This document shows, in pieces, positions 8,885 through 17,567 of a stretch of DNA of 64,000 nucleotides. Made by a program: the position numbers and the translations under genes. The notes beneath the pieces are model-generated. The model was not told where the DNA came from, made no database searches, and saw only the letters and a list, made by a program, of their open reading frames with translations. Numbering within the stretch: position 1 is the stretch's first letter; the number at the start of each line of letters is the position of its first letter. This DNA comes from Terriglobia bacterium (lineage in GTDB: Bacteria > Acidobacteriota > Terriglobia > Bryobacterales > Bryobacteraceae), in assembly GCA_003175985.1 (NCBI GenBank), contig PSRJ01000194.1:10366-74365 (forward strand), written 5' to 3'.

Positions 8885-8966
8885 GTCTCCTCACACTATA
8901 CTCGACGGCGGCTGCTGGCGAACGGGGCCGATTCATTATAGGATTGTGCCCATATCGGAGAATTTG

Positions 8967-10628
8967 ATGCGTATCCAAAGCCTGTTGCCGATTGCTGTTG
9001 GTTGTCTTGCGGTATTCTTCGCCCATGGACAAACATCCGCACCAGTTGCCCTCACGGGCCTTGTGACCTCTCAGGAGGAAGGTGCTATGGAAGGCGTGCT
9101 GGTGAGCGCGAAGAAGGTGGGTTCCACTATAACCACTACCGTGGTTACGGACCAGGACGGGCGCTACCGATTCCCGCGCAGCCGGCTGGAACCGGGCCAG
9201 TACACGCTGCGCATCCGGGCTGTGGGTTATGACCTCGAAGATCCCGGGCCGCTGGAAATTGCGCAAACGAAGACCGCGGCGGCGGATTTGAAACTTCACC
9301 GCGCCAAAGATCTTGCCTCTCAATTGAGCAATGGCGAGTGGATCATGAGCGCGCGGGGGACGGAAGACCAGAAGAGTTCGCTGCTGAATTGCGTCAATTG
9401 CCATACGCTGCAGCTCATCGTGCGATCGCATCACGATAGCGCGGAGTTTCAGAAGGTGCTCGAACGGATGGGGAATTATGCCAATCAGGCGTTCCCGCTG
9501 CACCCGCAGAAACGGCTCGCCGACCGCGTGATGGAGGTCCACGGGGAAGCGCGTGACCGCGCGCGCCAGCAGCAGGCTGCCTTCCTCAGCTCGATCAATC
9601 TCAGCTCCGGTCCGGTGTGGGCTTACGACCTGAAGACCTTGCCGCGTCCGAAAGGCAAGGCTACGCAGGCGATTTTCACGGAATACGATCTGCCGCGGAA
9701 GACGATCGAGCCGCACGATGCCGTGGTCGATTCGCAAGGCCTGGTCTGGTTTTCCAATTTCGGCGAGCAGAGGCTGGGAAAACTCGATCCCCAGACCGGC
9801 AAGGTGACCGAGTATGACGTGCCCGAGTTGAAACCAGGCTCGCCGACCGGGGCGCTCGCGCTACGTTTGGACCAGCAGGAGAACCCGTGGCTCGGCATGA
9901 TGTTCCAGGGCGGCATCGCGAAGTTTGATCGCAAGACGGAAAGCTTTCAAAGCTGGAGCGTTCCGCCGGAGTTCAACAAGCCGATGACGCAGATCAACAT
10001 GGTGAGCCCGGAGCGCAGCGCGGTGGATGGCAAGGTGTGGACGCAGAATAACGGGTTCGCCATCATCCATCGCGTGGACCTGGCCACAGGCAACGTGGAG
10101 ACTTTCGAGCCATTTAAAGGGGCCAAGGAAGGCGAGGCGCACAACATCTACGACGTGATTCCCGATTCGCACAATAACTTGTACTTCACCGATTTCGCCA
10201 ACGAACACATCGGCCGCATTGACGCGAAGACCGGCAAGATCTCTCTTTACCCGACCCCGACGCGGCGTTCAGCGCCCCGGCGTGCGCAAATGGACTCGCA
10301 GGACCGCCTCTGGATCGGGGAATACCGCGGCAATCGCATCGCGCTGTTCGATACTAAGACGGAGCAGTTTACCGAATGGGAAGCGCCCTCGCCGTATTCA
10401 GCGCCATACGATGTCACCCTCGACAGGAACGGCAATGCCTGGACGGGATCGATGTCCAATGACCGGGTGCTGCGGCTCAACCCCAAGACCGGCGAAATGA
10501 CCGAGTATCTGCTGCCGCGGCCCACGAACATCCGCCGCGTCTTTGTGGACAACTCCACAACGCCGGTCTCGTTCTGGGTGGGCAGCAATCACGGGGCGTC
10601 GATCGTGAAGCTGGAACCGCTCGAGTAG
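8967..10628 (+). CDS. secreted protein: carboxypeptidase-regulatory-like domain + single CxxCH haem motif + Vgb/NHL-like beta-propeller
   Basis: I chose the ATG at 8967, which gives the signal peptide MRIQSLLPIAVGCLAVFFAHG|Q. The track ORF starts at 8811 and would overlap the divergent gene. Other evidence: GLVTSQEEGAMEGVLVSAKKVGSTITTTVVTDQDGRYRF; CVNCH; repeated propeller blades (FTEYDLP..PHDAVVDSQGLVWFSNFGEQRLGKLDPQTGKVTEYDVP). Confidence 0.8.
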   Translation: MRIQSLLPIAVGCLAVFFAHGQTSAPVALTGLVTSQEEGAMEGVLVSAKKVGSTITTTVVTDQDGRYRFPRSRLEPGQYTLRIRAVGYDLEDPGPLEIAQTKTAAADLKLHRAKDLASQLSNGEWIMSARGTEDQKSSLLNCVNCHTLQLIVRSHHDSAEFQKVLERMGNYANQAFPLHPQKRLADRVMEVHGEARDRARQQQAAFLSSINLSSGPVWAYDLKTLPRPKGKATQAIFTEYDLPRKTIEPHDAVVDSQGLVWFSNFGEQRLGKLDPQTGKVTEYDVPELKPGSPTGALALRLDQQENPWLGMMFQGGIAKFDRKTESFQSWSVPPEFNKPMTQINMVSPERSAVDGKVWTQNNGFAIIHRVDLATGNVETFEPFKGAKEGEAHNIYDVIPDSHNNLYFTDFANEHIGRIDAKTGKISLYPTPTRRSAPRRAQMDSQDRLWIGEYRGNRIALFDTKTEQFTEWEAPSPYSAPYDVTLDRNGNAWTGSMSNDRVLRLNPKTGEMTEYLLPRPTNIRRVFVDNSTTPVSFWVGSNHGASIVKLEPLE

Positions 10629-10636
10629 CCCGGATG

Positions 10637-11431
10637 TCAGGATTTTGGCTCAGAGCCGGTGGGTCTATGGTGTCCGGTTTCCGCGGGCCGTCCCTCTTGT
10701 AACACACTCAAATATTCGTCCAGTGTTTCATTCAGCCGCCGGTGGAGGAGCGCGTAAAAATTCTCCGCGCCTTGTCCCGCCTGCTCCTGCTGCAGGCTCC
10801 GGATATATTCCAGCCGGTCTTCCGGGCGTATGGCGACTGGCGGATAACCGCTGCGAAGAAGAACAAGGTTCATCAGAATCCGTGCAGTGCGTCCATTACC
10901 GTCGTTAAACGGATGGATATCGACAAGGCGGCGGTGCGCGTCGAAAGCAGCCTGCGGCGTGATCGGGGCAAGCACAAGCCATGCGGCGAAATCACCCATG
11001 AGGCCTGGAACCTCTGACGGTGGCGGAAAACTGTAGCGACCGCTCTCAGTGCGTACATACCGAGGCAAGCCGGCATATTGCCCGGCGATCTCCGGTGCGG
11101 TTCGTTGCATTACGAGCTTGTGCAAATCGCGCACGGCGCCTTCCGTGAACGGTGTGTTCTGGCGGGCCAGTTCTCGCACGTACCGTATCGCGTCGTAGTG
11201 GTCGAGTGCCTCAAGGTGATCCTTGAGGGGTTTGCCGCTGACCGTAATCCCTTTCTCAATCACAAGCGTGGTTTCAACGGGGCTTAGCGTGTTGCCCTCA
11301 ATCGCGTTCGAGGTGTAGGTAAGCTCGATATCGTAGTAATGCTCGAGTGCGGTGAGCGCCGCGGGCGAGAGGGGGCGTAGTTCGTCGAGCCGGAGTTTCT
11401 TCGCGGCGATCGAGGTTAGGAGCTCGGTCAT
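10637..11431 (-). CDS. Fic/DOC family protein (AMPylase-type) with an intramolecular inhibitory motif
   Basis: Fic motif HPFNDGNGRTARI. An upstream (S/T)xxxE(G/N) motif is present in TSNAIEGN. 264 aa. Confidence 0.9.
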   Translation of the reverse strand: MTELLTSIAAKKLRLDELRPLSPAALTALEHYYDIELTYTSNAIEGNTLSPVETTLVIEKGITVSGKPLKDHLEALDHYDAIRYVRELARQNTPFTEGAVRDLHKLVMQRTAPEIAGQYAGLPRYVRTESGRYSFPPPSEVPGLMGDFAAWLVLAPITPQAAFDAHRRLVDIHPFNDGNGRTARILMNLVLLRSGYPPVAIRPEDRLEYIRSLQQEQAGQGAENFYALLHRRLNETLDEYLSVLQEGRPAETGHHRPTGSEPKS

Positions 11432-11499
11432 CGGGTTCCGATTCTTAGCATACCGGGCCGGGTCTCGCCAAATAGTGGGTGGCGTGCGCTCTTAGCCCG

Positions 11500-12369
11500 T
11501 CATCCCACCAGTTCCAAGAACGCCTGCGCGGCGTGGCTGAGCGCGCGGTGGGTCGGATAGACCAGCCGGATCTTCCGCTCCAGATGCATTTCCTTGACGT
11601 GCACCTCGCACAGGATCTTCTGTTCAATCTCCTGCTCCACGCACATCCGCGGCAGGAACGCGACCCCCAGGTTGCTCTGAACCAGCTTGCGAATCGTCTC
11701 GATGGTTGGCATCTCGATTTCCATCTGGAGCGGGACCTGGCGGTCGCGGAAGGTCCGCACCACGACGTCGCGATAGGGCGAAACAACGTTGTGCGCGATG
11801 AATGTTTCGCCGCCGAGTTCTTCCACCGAGACGCTCTTCCGCTTCGCCAGCCGGTGCTTCGGCGAAACCACGAACGCCAGCCAGTCGGTGTAGATGATTT
11901 TCGAGGTGAGGCGGTCGCCGCCAGGATCGTAGCTGATGACGCCCATCTCCAGGTTTCCGTCCAACAACTCGTTGGGGATTTTGCTCGAAAGGCTGCGCCG
12001 CACCGTCACCTTAATCTTCGGAAAGAGTTCCCGGTAGCGCTGAATATGACGCAACAGATAGAGCGTGGTCGATTCGTTGGCCCCGATGCTCAGCCGTCCG
12101 GCCGAGTGGTCTCGCAGTTCGGCTAGCGAATTGCCAAGTTCCTGCCGCAGGCTCACGAAGCGGCGCGCGTATTCCAAGACGGTGTGGCCGGCATCGGTAA
12201 GCGTGAAGTCCTTGGGGCCGCGATCGATCAGTTTCTCGCCCAATTCCTGCTCCAGCCGCTGTAACGCCAGAGACACCGCCGGCTGCGTGCGGTACAGCAT
12301 GCGTGCCGCGCGGGAGAAGCTTTTCTCCGAAGCAATCGTGAGGAAGACTTCGAGTGCGTAGAGCTCCAC
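11500..12369 (-). CDS. LysR family transcriptional regulator
   Basis: N-terminal wHTH (LEVFLTIASEKSFSRAARMLYRTQPAVSLALQRLEQELG) plus a LysR substrate-binding region. The start codon is GTG at 12369. The gene is divergent from leuA. Confidence 0.9.
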   Translation of the reverse strand: MELYALEVFLTIASEKSFSRAARMLYRTQPAVSLALQRLEQELGEKLIDRGPKDFTLTDAGHTVLEYARRFVSLRQELGNSLAELRDHSAGRLSIGANESTTLYLLRHIQRYRELFPKIKVTVRRSLSSKIPNELLDGNLEMGVISYDPGGDRLTSKIIYTDWLAFVVSPKHRLAKRKSVSVEELGGETFIAHNVVSPYRDVVVRTFRDRQVPLQMEIEMPTIETIRKLVQSNLGVAFLPRMCVEQEIEQKILCEVHVKEMHLERKIRLVYPTHRALSHAAQAFLELVG

Positions 12370-12381
12370 GTCGGCTGATTA

Positions 12382-12393
12382 TAACAACTGTTA
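12382..12393. promoter_or_regulatory. dyad TAACA-N2-TGTTA (within a T-N11-A frame), candidate LysR-type operator
   Basis: TAACAACTGTTA is an inverted repeat in the AT-rich 98-nt leuA/LysR divergent region. On the minus strand it overlaps a TATAAT hexamer that sits 8 nt upstream of the LysR GTG. Confidence 0.3.
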
Positions 12394-12417
12394 ATGCGAA
12401 GAGCGAATATTATAAAT

Positions 12418-12447
12418 TTGCCAAATTAGCCGGGGGGCCGCGATAAT
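12418..12447 (+). promoter_or_regulatory. sigma70-like promoter candidate for leuA
   Basis: TTGCCA (12418-12423), an 18-nt spacer, then GATAAT (12442-12447), about 20 nt upstream of the leuA ATG. This is a pattern match only. Confidence 0.3.
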
Positions 12448-12467
12448 GGCACATATCGGTACCCATC

Positions 12468-13640
12468 ATGAGCGACCGCGTATACATCTTTGACACCACG
12501 CTGCGCGATGGTGAGCAATCACCGGGGTGCAGCATGACCGTTCCCGAAAAGCTGCGGATGGCACGTAAGCTGGTCGAACTCGGGGTGGACGTTCTGGAGG
12601 CGGGCTTTCCGATCGCCTCACAAGGCGATTTCGAGGCGGTCGATGCGGTTAGCCGCGAGTTCCCCTGGGTGCAGGTGGCAGCGCTGGCGCGGTCGTGCAC
12701 GCTCGATGTCGAGCGCGCCGCCCAATCGCTGCGGCACGCGCGCCGGCCGCGTATCCACACCTTCATCGCCACCAGCGATATCCACCTGAAATACAAACTC
12801 AAGAAGAGCCGCGAGCAGGTGCTCGAAGAAGCCGTGGCCGCGGTGGAGCTGGCAAGGCGCGATGTGGACGACGTCGAGTTTTCAGCCGAGGATGGTTCGC
12901 GCACCGATCCGGTCTTCCTCGAAGAGATTTCCAAGGCGGTGGTGGCGGCGGGCGCGCGCACGGTCAACATCCCGGATACAGTGGGCTTTTCCACTCCGGC
13001 CGAATATGGGCAGATCATCGGCAGAGTGGTGCAAGCTCTGGGCGATTGCGCCATCGTTAGCGTGCACTGCCATGACGATATGGGGCTGGCGGTGGCCAAC
13101 TCTCTGGCTGCCATCGAAGCAGGCGCCCGCCAGGTGGAATGCACCATCAACGGGATCGGCGAGCGTGCGGGGAACACCTCGCTAGAAGAGGTCGTCGTGG
13201 TCCTCAAGACGCGGCCCGACGTCTATCCCTACCGCACCGGGATTCAGACCGAGCACCTGTTTTCCGCGAGCGAATTGCTCAGCTCTATCATTACCTTCGG
13301 ACCGCAACCGAATAAGGCGATCGTCGGCCGCAATGCGTTCGCGCACGAGGCCGGTATTCATCAGGATGGCTACCTGAAAGAGAAATCCACCTACGAGATC
13401 ATCGATCCGCGCTCGGTGGGCGTGCCTGAAGGGAAGCTGGTGCTCGGGAAGCACAGCGGGCGCCACGCACTGCTGAAGCGCTGCCAGGATCTCGGCTTCG
13501 ATCTCACGCGGCCGGAGCTGGATGCGCTCTACCAGCGGTTCACCGCCGTTGCCGATCACCGCAAGAAAGGTCTGATGGACGAAGAGATCATCGCGCTGAT
13601 CCACGAGGGACAAAAGATCCAGACGGTGGCGGCGGACTAA
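12468..13640 (+). CDS. leuA: 2-isopropylmalate synthase, short form lacking the C-terminal regulatory (LeuA-dimer) domain
   Basis: N-terminal [37 protein letters not shown], and [14 protein letters not shown]. The context is leuABCD. The protein is only 390 aa and ends 3 nt before leuB. Confidence 0.9.
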   Translation: MSDRVYIFDTTLRDGEQSPGCSMTVPEKLRMARKLVELGVDVLEAGFPIASQGDFEAVDAVSREFPWVQVAALARSCTLDVERAAQSLRHARRPRIHTFIATSDIHLKYKLKKSREQVLEEAVAAVELARRDVDDVEFSAEDGSRTDPVFLEEISKAVVAAGARTVNIPDTVGFSTPAEYGQIIGRVVQALGDCAIVSVHCHDDMGLAVANSLAAIEAGARQVECTINGIGERAGNTSLEEVVVVLKTRPDVYPYRTGIQTEHLFSASELLSSIITFGPQPNKAIVGRNAFAHEAGIHQDGYLKEKSTYEIIDPRSVGVPEGKLVLGKHSGRHALLKRCQDLGFDLTRPELDALYQRFTAVADHRKKGLMDEEIIALIHEGQKIQTVAAD

Positions 13641-13643
13641 CGA

Positions 13644-14726
13644 ATGCACCTGAATCTTCTTGTTCTCCCCGGCGACGGGATCGGTACGGAGGTCACGCGC
13701 CAGGCGGTAGCCGTGTTGCGCCACGTTGCCGCGAAGTGGAATCACAGCCTGAGAATCACCGAAGGCCTATTGGGCGGCGTAGCGATCCACAAGACCGGCA
13801 CTCCGCTGCCGCCCGAAACCGAGCGACTCGCGGCGGATGCCGATGCCACGCTCATGGGCGCGGTCGGCCTGCCGGAGTTTGACAACGTGGCGCCCGAAAA
13901 GCGGCCCGAAAAGGGATTGCTTGGGATTCGCAAACTGCTGGGCGTATATGCCAACCTGCGCCCGGTGCGTGCGTATGCTTCGCAGCTCGATTCTTCGCCT
14001 CTGAAAAATCACCTGGTGGAAGGCACCGATATGATTATCGTCCGCGAACTGACGGGCGGTATTTATTACGGAACTCCGCGCGGCATTACCGAAAACGGCG
14101 CGGAGGTGCGGGCGGTCAATACCATGACTTACACGCGTTCGGAGATCGAACGCGTTGCCCGCATGGCCTTCTCCCTCGCCGGATCGCGCCGCAAGAAGGT
14201 TACTTCGGTGGACAAATCGAACGTGCTGGAGAACTCGCAGCTCTGGCGGCGAGTGGTCACCGAAGTGGCGCGTGAGTTTCCGGATATCGAACTGGATCAC
14301 ATCCTGGTGGATAACTGCGCCATGCAATTGATCCTCAATCCGCGGCGCTTCGATGTGGTGCTCACCGAGAACATGTTCGGTGACATTTTGAGCGACGAAG
14401 GCGCAGTGCTGGCGGGATCGATCGGCATGCTGCCTTCGGCTTCGATCGGTCCCAAGCGGCCCTCGGGGGCATGGGTGGGCCTCTACGAGCCGGTGCACGG
14501 ATCGGCCCCCGACATTGCGGGGCAGAACAAGGCCAACCCGCTCGGCGCCATCGGTTCGGTGGGCGCTATGCTGGAATATAGTTTTGGTTTGAAGAAGGAA
14601 GCCTCCGCCGTCGACGCCGCGATTGAGGCGGTACTGCGAAGCGGAAGGGTAACCGCAGATTTGCGGCCACCCGGCGCGCCCGCAACCACCGAAGAGGTGG
14701 GCGAAGCCATCTGCGCAGCCGTTTGA
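13644..14726 (+). CDS. leuB: 3-isopropylmalate dehydrogenase
   Basis: LPGDGIGTEV, VRELTGGIYYG, NMFGDILSDEGAVLAGSIGMLPSAS. 360 aa. Confidence 0.95.
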   Translation: MHLNLLVLPGDGIGTEVTRQAVAVLRHVAAKWNHSLRITEGLLGGVAIHKTGTPLPPETERLAADADATLMGAVGLPEFDNVAPEKRPEKGLLGIRKLLGVYANLRPVRAYASQLDSSPLKNHLVEGTDMIIVRELTGGIYYGTPRGITENGAEVRAVNTMTYTRSEIERVARMAFSLAGSRRKKVTSVDKSNVLENSQLWRRVVTEVAREFPDIELDHILVDNCAMQLILNPRRFDVVLTENMFGDILSDEGAVLAGSIGMLPSASIGPKRPSGAWVGLYEPVHGSAPDIAGQNKANPLGAIGSVGAMLEYSFGLKKEASAVDAAIEAVLRSGRVTADLRPPGAPATTEEVGEAICAAV

Positions 14727-14732
14727 AGCCAT

Positions 14733-16133
14733 ATGCCACGCACAATCATCGAGAAACTTTGGGATTCCCACGTCGTCTACGAACAGCCCGGAGCACCGGC
14801 GCTGATTTATATCGATCTGCACCTGGTGCATGAGGTCACGTCGCCGCAGGCGTTTCAGGGGCTGCGCGAACGCGGCCGCAAGGTACGCCGGCCCGACTTG
14901 ACGGTCGCCACCATCGATCACAGCATTCCGACCACCGACCGCTCGCTGCCGATCGTGGATGAGATCGCGGCCCGGCAAGTGGCGCAACTGGAGAAGAACT
15001 GCGCCGATTTCGGCATCCCGTTGTATGGTGTGCATAGCGACCGCCAGGGGATCGTGCACGTGATCGGGCCGGAATTGGGCTTGACGCAACCGGGTATGAC
15101 GGTAGTTTGCGGCGACAGCCACACGGCGACGCACGGGGCCTTCGGAGCATTGGCCTTCGGTATCGGCACCAGCGAGATCGAGCATGTGCTGGCCACGCAG
15201 TGCCTGTTGCAGCGGAAGTCGAAGACGTTCCAGGTACAGGTGGAAGGCACGCTGAAGAAGGGAGTCTCGGCGAAGGACATCATTCTCGCGTTGCTCGCGC
15301 GCATCGGCATCGGTGGCGGCACGGAGAGCGTGTTCGAATACACCGGCAACGCCATTCGCGCGCTTTCGATGGAAGAGCGGATGACGGTGTGCAACATGTC
15401 GATTGAAGGCGGCGCGCGCGCCGGCATGGTTGCGCCCGACGATACGACTTTCCAATACTTGAGCGGCCGGAACTATGCTCCCAAAGGCGCAGATTGGGAT
15501 GCGGCCGTGGCACGCTGGAAGCAGCTTCCCAGCGATCCTGGCGCCACGTACGACCGCACGGTAACGATCGACGCGAACGCTCTCGAACCAATGATTACGT
15601 TCGGCACCAATCCCGGAATGGGCGTGCCTATCAGCGCTCCGGTACCGGATCCTTCGCGGATTGCCGATGCCGCGCAGCGCGACGCCCTCAGCAGTGCGCT
15701 CGCTTACATGGGGCTGGAAGGGGGAAAGCCCCTGCTGGGCCGGCCCGTGAATGTGGTGTTCATCGGAAGCTGCACCAATTCCCGCATCTCCGACCTGCGC
15801 ACCGCCGCCAGCGTGCTGAAGGGCCGGAAAGTGAATCCCAAGGTACGGGTGCTGGTAGTGCCCGGATCGCAGGAAGTGAAGCGGCAGGCGATGGCGGAAG
15901 GGCTGCCCGAGATTTTCCGCGCCGCGGGAGCCGAATGGCGCGAGCCCGGCTGCTCGATGTGCATCGCCATGAACGGCGATTTTGTGGAGTCCGGCCAATA
16001 CAGCGTTTCCACCAGCAATCGCAATTTCGAAGGCCGGCAAGGCAAAGGCGCACGCACCCTGCTGGCGAGCCCCTTGACCGCCGCTGCTAGCGCCGTTACC
16101 GGCGTGGTGACCGACGTGAGGACTTTGTTATGA
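14733..16133 (+). CDS. leuC: 3-isopropylmalate dehydratase large subunit
   Basis: [36 protein letters not shown], and the aconitase-type Cys ligands (GSCTNSR, GCSMCI). 466 aa. Confidence 0.95.
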   Translation: MPRTIIEKLWDSHVVYEQPGAPALIYIDLHLVHEVTSPQAFQGLRERGRKVRRPDLTVATIDHSIPTTDRSLPIVDEIAARQVAQLEKNCADFGIPLYGVHSDRQGIVHVIGPELGLTQPGMTVVCGDSHTATHGAFGALAFGIGTSEIEHVLATQCLLQRKSKTFQVQVEGTLKKGVSAKDIILALLARIGIGGGTESVFEYTGNAIRALSMEERMTVCNMSIEGGARAGMVAPDDTTFQYLSGRNYAPKGADWDAAVARWKQLPSDPGATYDRTVTIDANALEPMITFGTNPGMGVPISAPVPDPSRIADAAQRDALSSALAYMGLEGGKPLLGRPVNVVFIGSCTNSRISDLRTAASVLKGRKVNPKVRVLVVPGSQEVKRQAMAEGLPEIFRAAGAEWREPGCSMCIAMNGDFVESGQYSVSTSNRNFEGRQGKGARTLLASPLTAAASAVTGVVTDVRTLL

Positions 16134-16732
16134 GCTTTCAGAACTTCGAGAGCCGCATGGCGCCGCTGCTGCGCAACAATATCGACACCGATCAGATTAT
16201 TCCCGCGCGTTTCCTCAAGACGATTTCCAAAGAGGGGCTGGGAGAGAACCTCTTCTGCGACTGGCGCTACGATGCGCAAGGTAAGCCGAACCCGGAGTTC
16301 ATCCTGAACCAGCCCGCGGCGCAGGGCGCGCAGGTCCTGCTGGCCGGCGACAATTTCGGCTGCGGCAGCTCGCGTGAGCACGCGCCTTGGGCGCTGCTGC
16401 AATTCGGCTTCCGCGCCGTAATCAGTACATCATTTGCGGATATTTTCCGGGCCAATTCGCTCAAGAACGGGCTGCTGCCGGTGATCGTTCCGCCCGAGGT
16501 GCACGGAGAGCTTGCCGCGGCAGTACAGGAGCCGCGAGCGACGGTGAAAATCGATCTCCCCGGGCAAATGCTGACCACACCTGCCGGCCGCGAGGTTCCA
16601 TTCCCGATTGACAGCTTCTCGAAGCACTGCCTGCTGGAAGGCGTAGACGAGATGGGCTACACTTTGCAGCATGAGGCCGAGATTGCAGCATTCGAAGCCG
16701 GGCGCGTGGGCTCCGTCAACACGCTGGCATAA
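16130..16732 (+). CDS. leuD: 3-isopropylmalate dehydratase small subunit
   Basis: ATGA overlap with the leuC stop. [28 protein letters not shown]. 200 aa. Confidence 0.95.
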   Translation: MSFQNFESRMAPLLRNNIDTDQIIPARFLKTISKEGLGENLFCDWRYDAQGKPNPEFILNQPAAQGAQVLLAGDNFGCGSSREHAPWALLQFGFRAVISTSFADIFRANSLKNGLLPVIVPPEVHGELAAAVQEPRATVKIDLPGQMLTTPAGREVPFPIDSFSKHCLLEGVDEMGYTLQHEAEIAAFEAGRVGSVNTLA

Positions 16733-17546
16733 GTTGAATCGACTCTTGCGGGCGTTTGCCTGCCTCGCGGTCGCGGTTTCCCTCCTGCCCGCGCAGACGC
16801 AGCAGCAGGTTTATGAACGATTCCGAGCCTGGATCAGCCAGCAGCCGGCCGCGGTGCAGCGCGGCTCGGATGCGGACGTTACCTCGCGATACCGCGCTTA
16901 CCTGAAGCAGCAAGGATTCACGGACGCGGATATCGACTCCCAACTCCGTATCATCGACGAGCAGGGCCGGCGCCTGGAGATCGAGCGCTGGAACCAGATC
17001 CTGACCTCCGAGAAGCCGTTCTTCAACACCAATCCCAACGCGTTCCTGGTGGAAATGGCGAGAGGCCGTAAACCCGGCCGAGCTCTGGACGTGGGCATGG
17101 GACAAGGGCGGAATGCGATCTGGCTGGCGCAGCAGGGCTGGGAAGTGACGGGTTTCGACCCGGCGGAGCGTGCCGTAGCGCTGGCCCGCGCCAATGCGGA
17201 GAAACTGGGCGTCAAGCTCACTACGGAGATCAAAGGTTATGAGGATTTCGATTTCGGCGAGAACCGTTGGGACCTGATCCTGCTCTCGTATGTAGGGGGC
17301 CGCGAGTTCAAAGAGATTGTGAGCCGCGCCCTTCGCCCCGGCGGCGTCGTTGTCCTGGAGGCCTTTCACCGCGATGCCACGAAGGGCGGTCCCATTGGGG
17401 GCGCCGTAGTGTTTGATACCGCCGAGGTGCCGGCGCTCTTTCCCGCGTTACGTGTGGTGCGCTACGAAGAACCAGTGGCCGAGGCGGATTTCGGCCGGGG
17501 GCGCGCTCGCGTAGTGCGTTATTGTGCGGAGAAACCCGCTGAATAA
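16671..17546 (+). CDS. class I SAM-dependent methyltransferase with a hydrophobic signal/anchor N-terminus
   Basis: SAM-binding motif [27 protein letters not shown]-terminus [21 protein letters not shown]. The ATG at 16671 overlaps leuD by 62 nt. An in-frame TTG at 16734, directly after the leuD stop, is an alternative start. Confidence 0.8.
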   Translation: MRPRLQHSKPGAWAPSTRWHKLNRLLRAFACLAVAVSLLPAQTQQQVYERFRAWISQQPAAVQRGSDADVTSRYRAYLKQQGFTDADIDSQLRIIDEQGRRLEIERWNQILTSEKPFFNTNPNAFLVEMARGRKPGRALDVGMGQGRNAIWLAQQGWEVTGFDPAERAVALARANAEKLGVKLTTEIKGYEDFDFGENRWDLILLSYVGGREFKEIVSRALRPGGVVVLEAFHRDATKGGPIGGAVVFDTAEVPALFPALRVVRYEEPVAEADFGRGRARVVRYCAEKPAE

Positions 17547-17567
17547 ACCCGCGGAGAAGCTAATCCT

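Noticed and set aside
10637-11431. Fic gene as the toxin of a toxin-antitoxin pair
   Set aside because: No small partner ORF is adjacent. The inhibitory S-x-x-x-E-G motif is inside the same polypeptide, which argues for an auto-inhibited stand-alone Fic.
12394-12429. 11-codon mini-ORF (MRRANIINLPN*) in the leuA upstream region as a possible leucine attenuation leader
   Set aside because: It has only one Leu codon, no run of regulatory codons and no obvious alternative hairpins. It lies upstream of the best promoter match rather than downstream of it.
13767-16040. 757-aa minus-strand ORF, the longest unexplained ORF in the track, lying antisense to leuB and leuC
   Set aside because: The plus strand here encodes unmistakable LeuB and LeuC. 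The antisense translation is Arg/Ala/Gly/His-rich low-complexity sequence with no motif. Long stop-free antisense frames are expected at this GC content.
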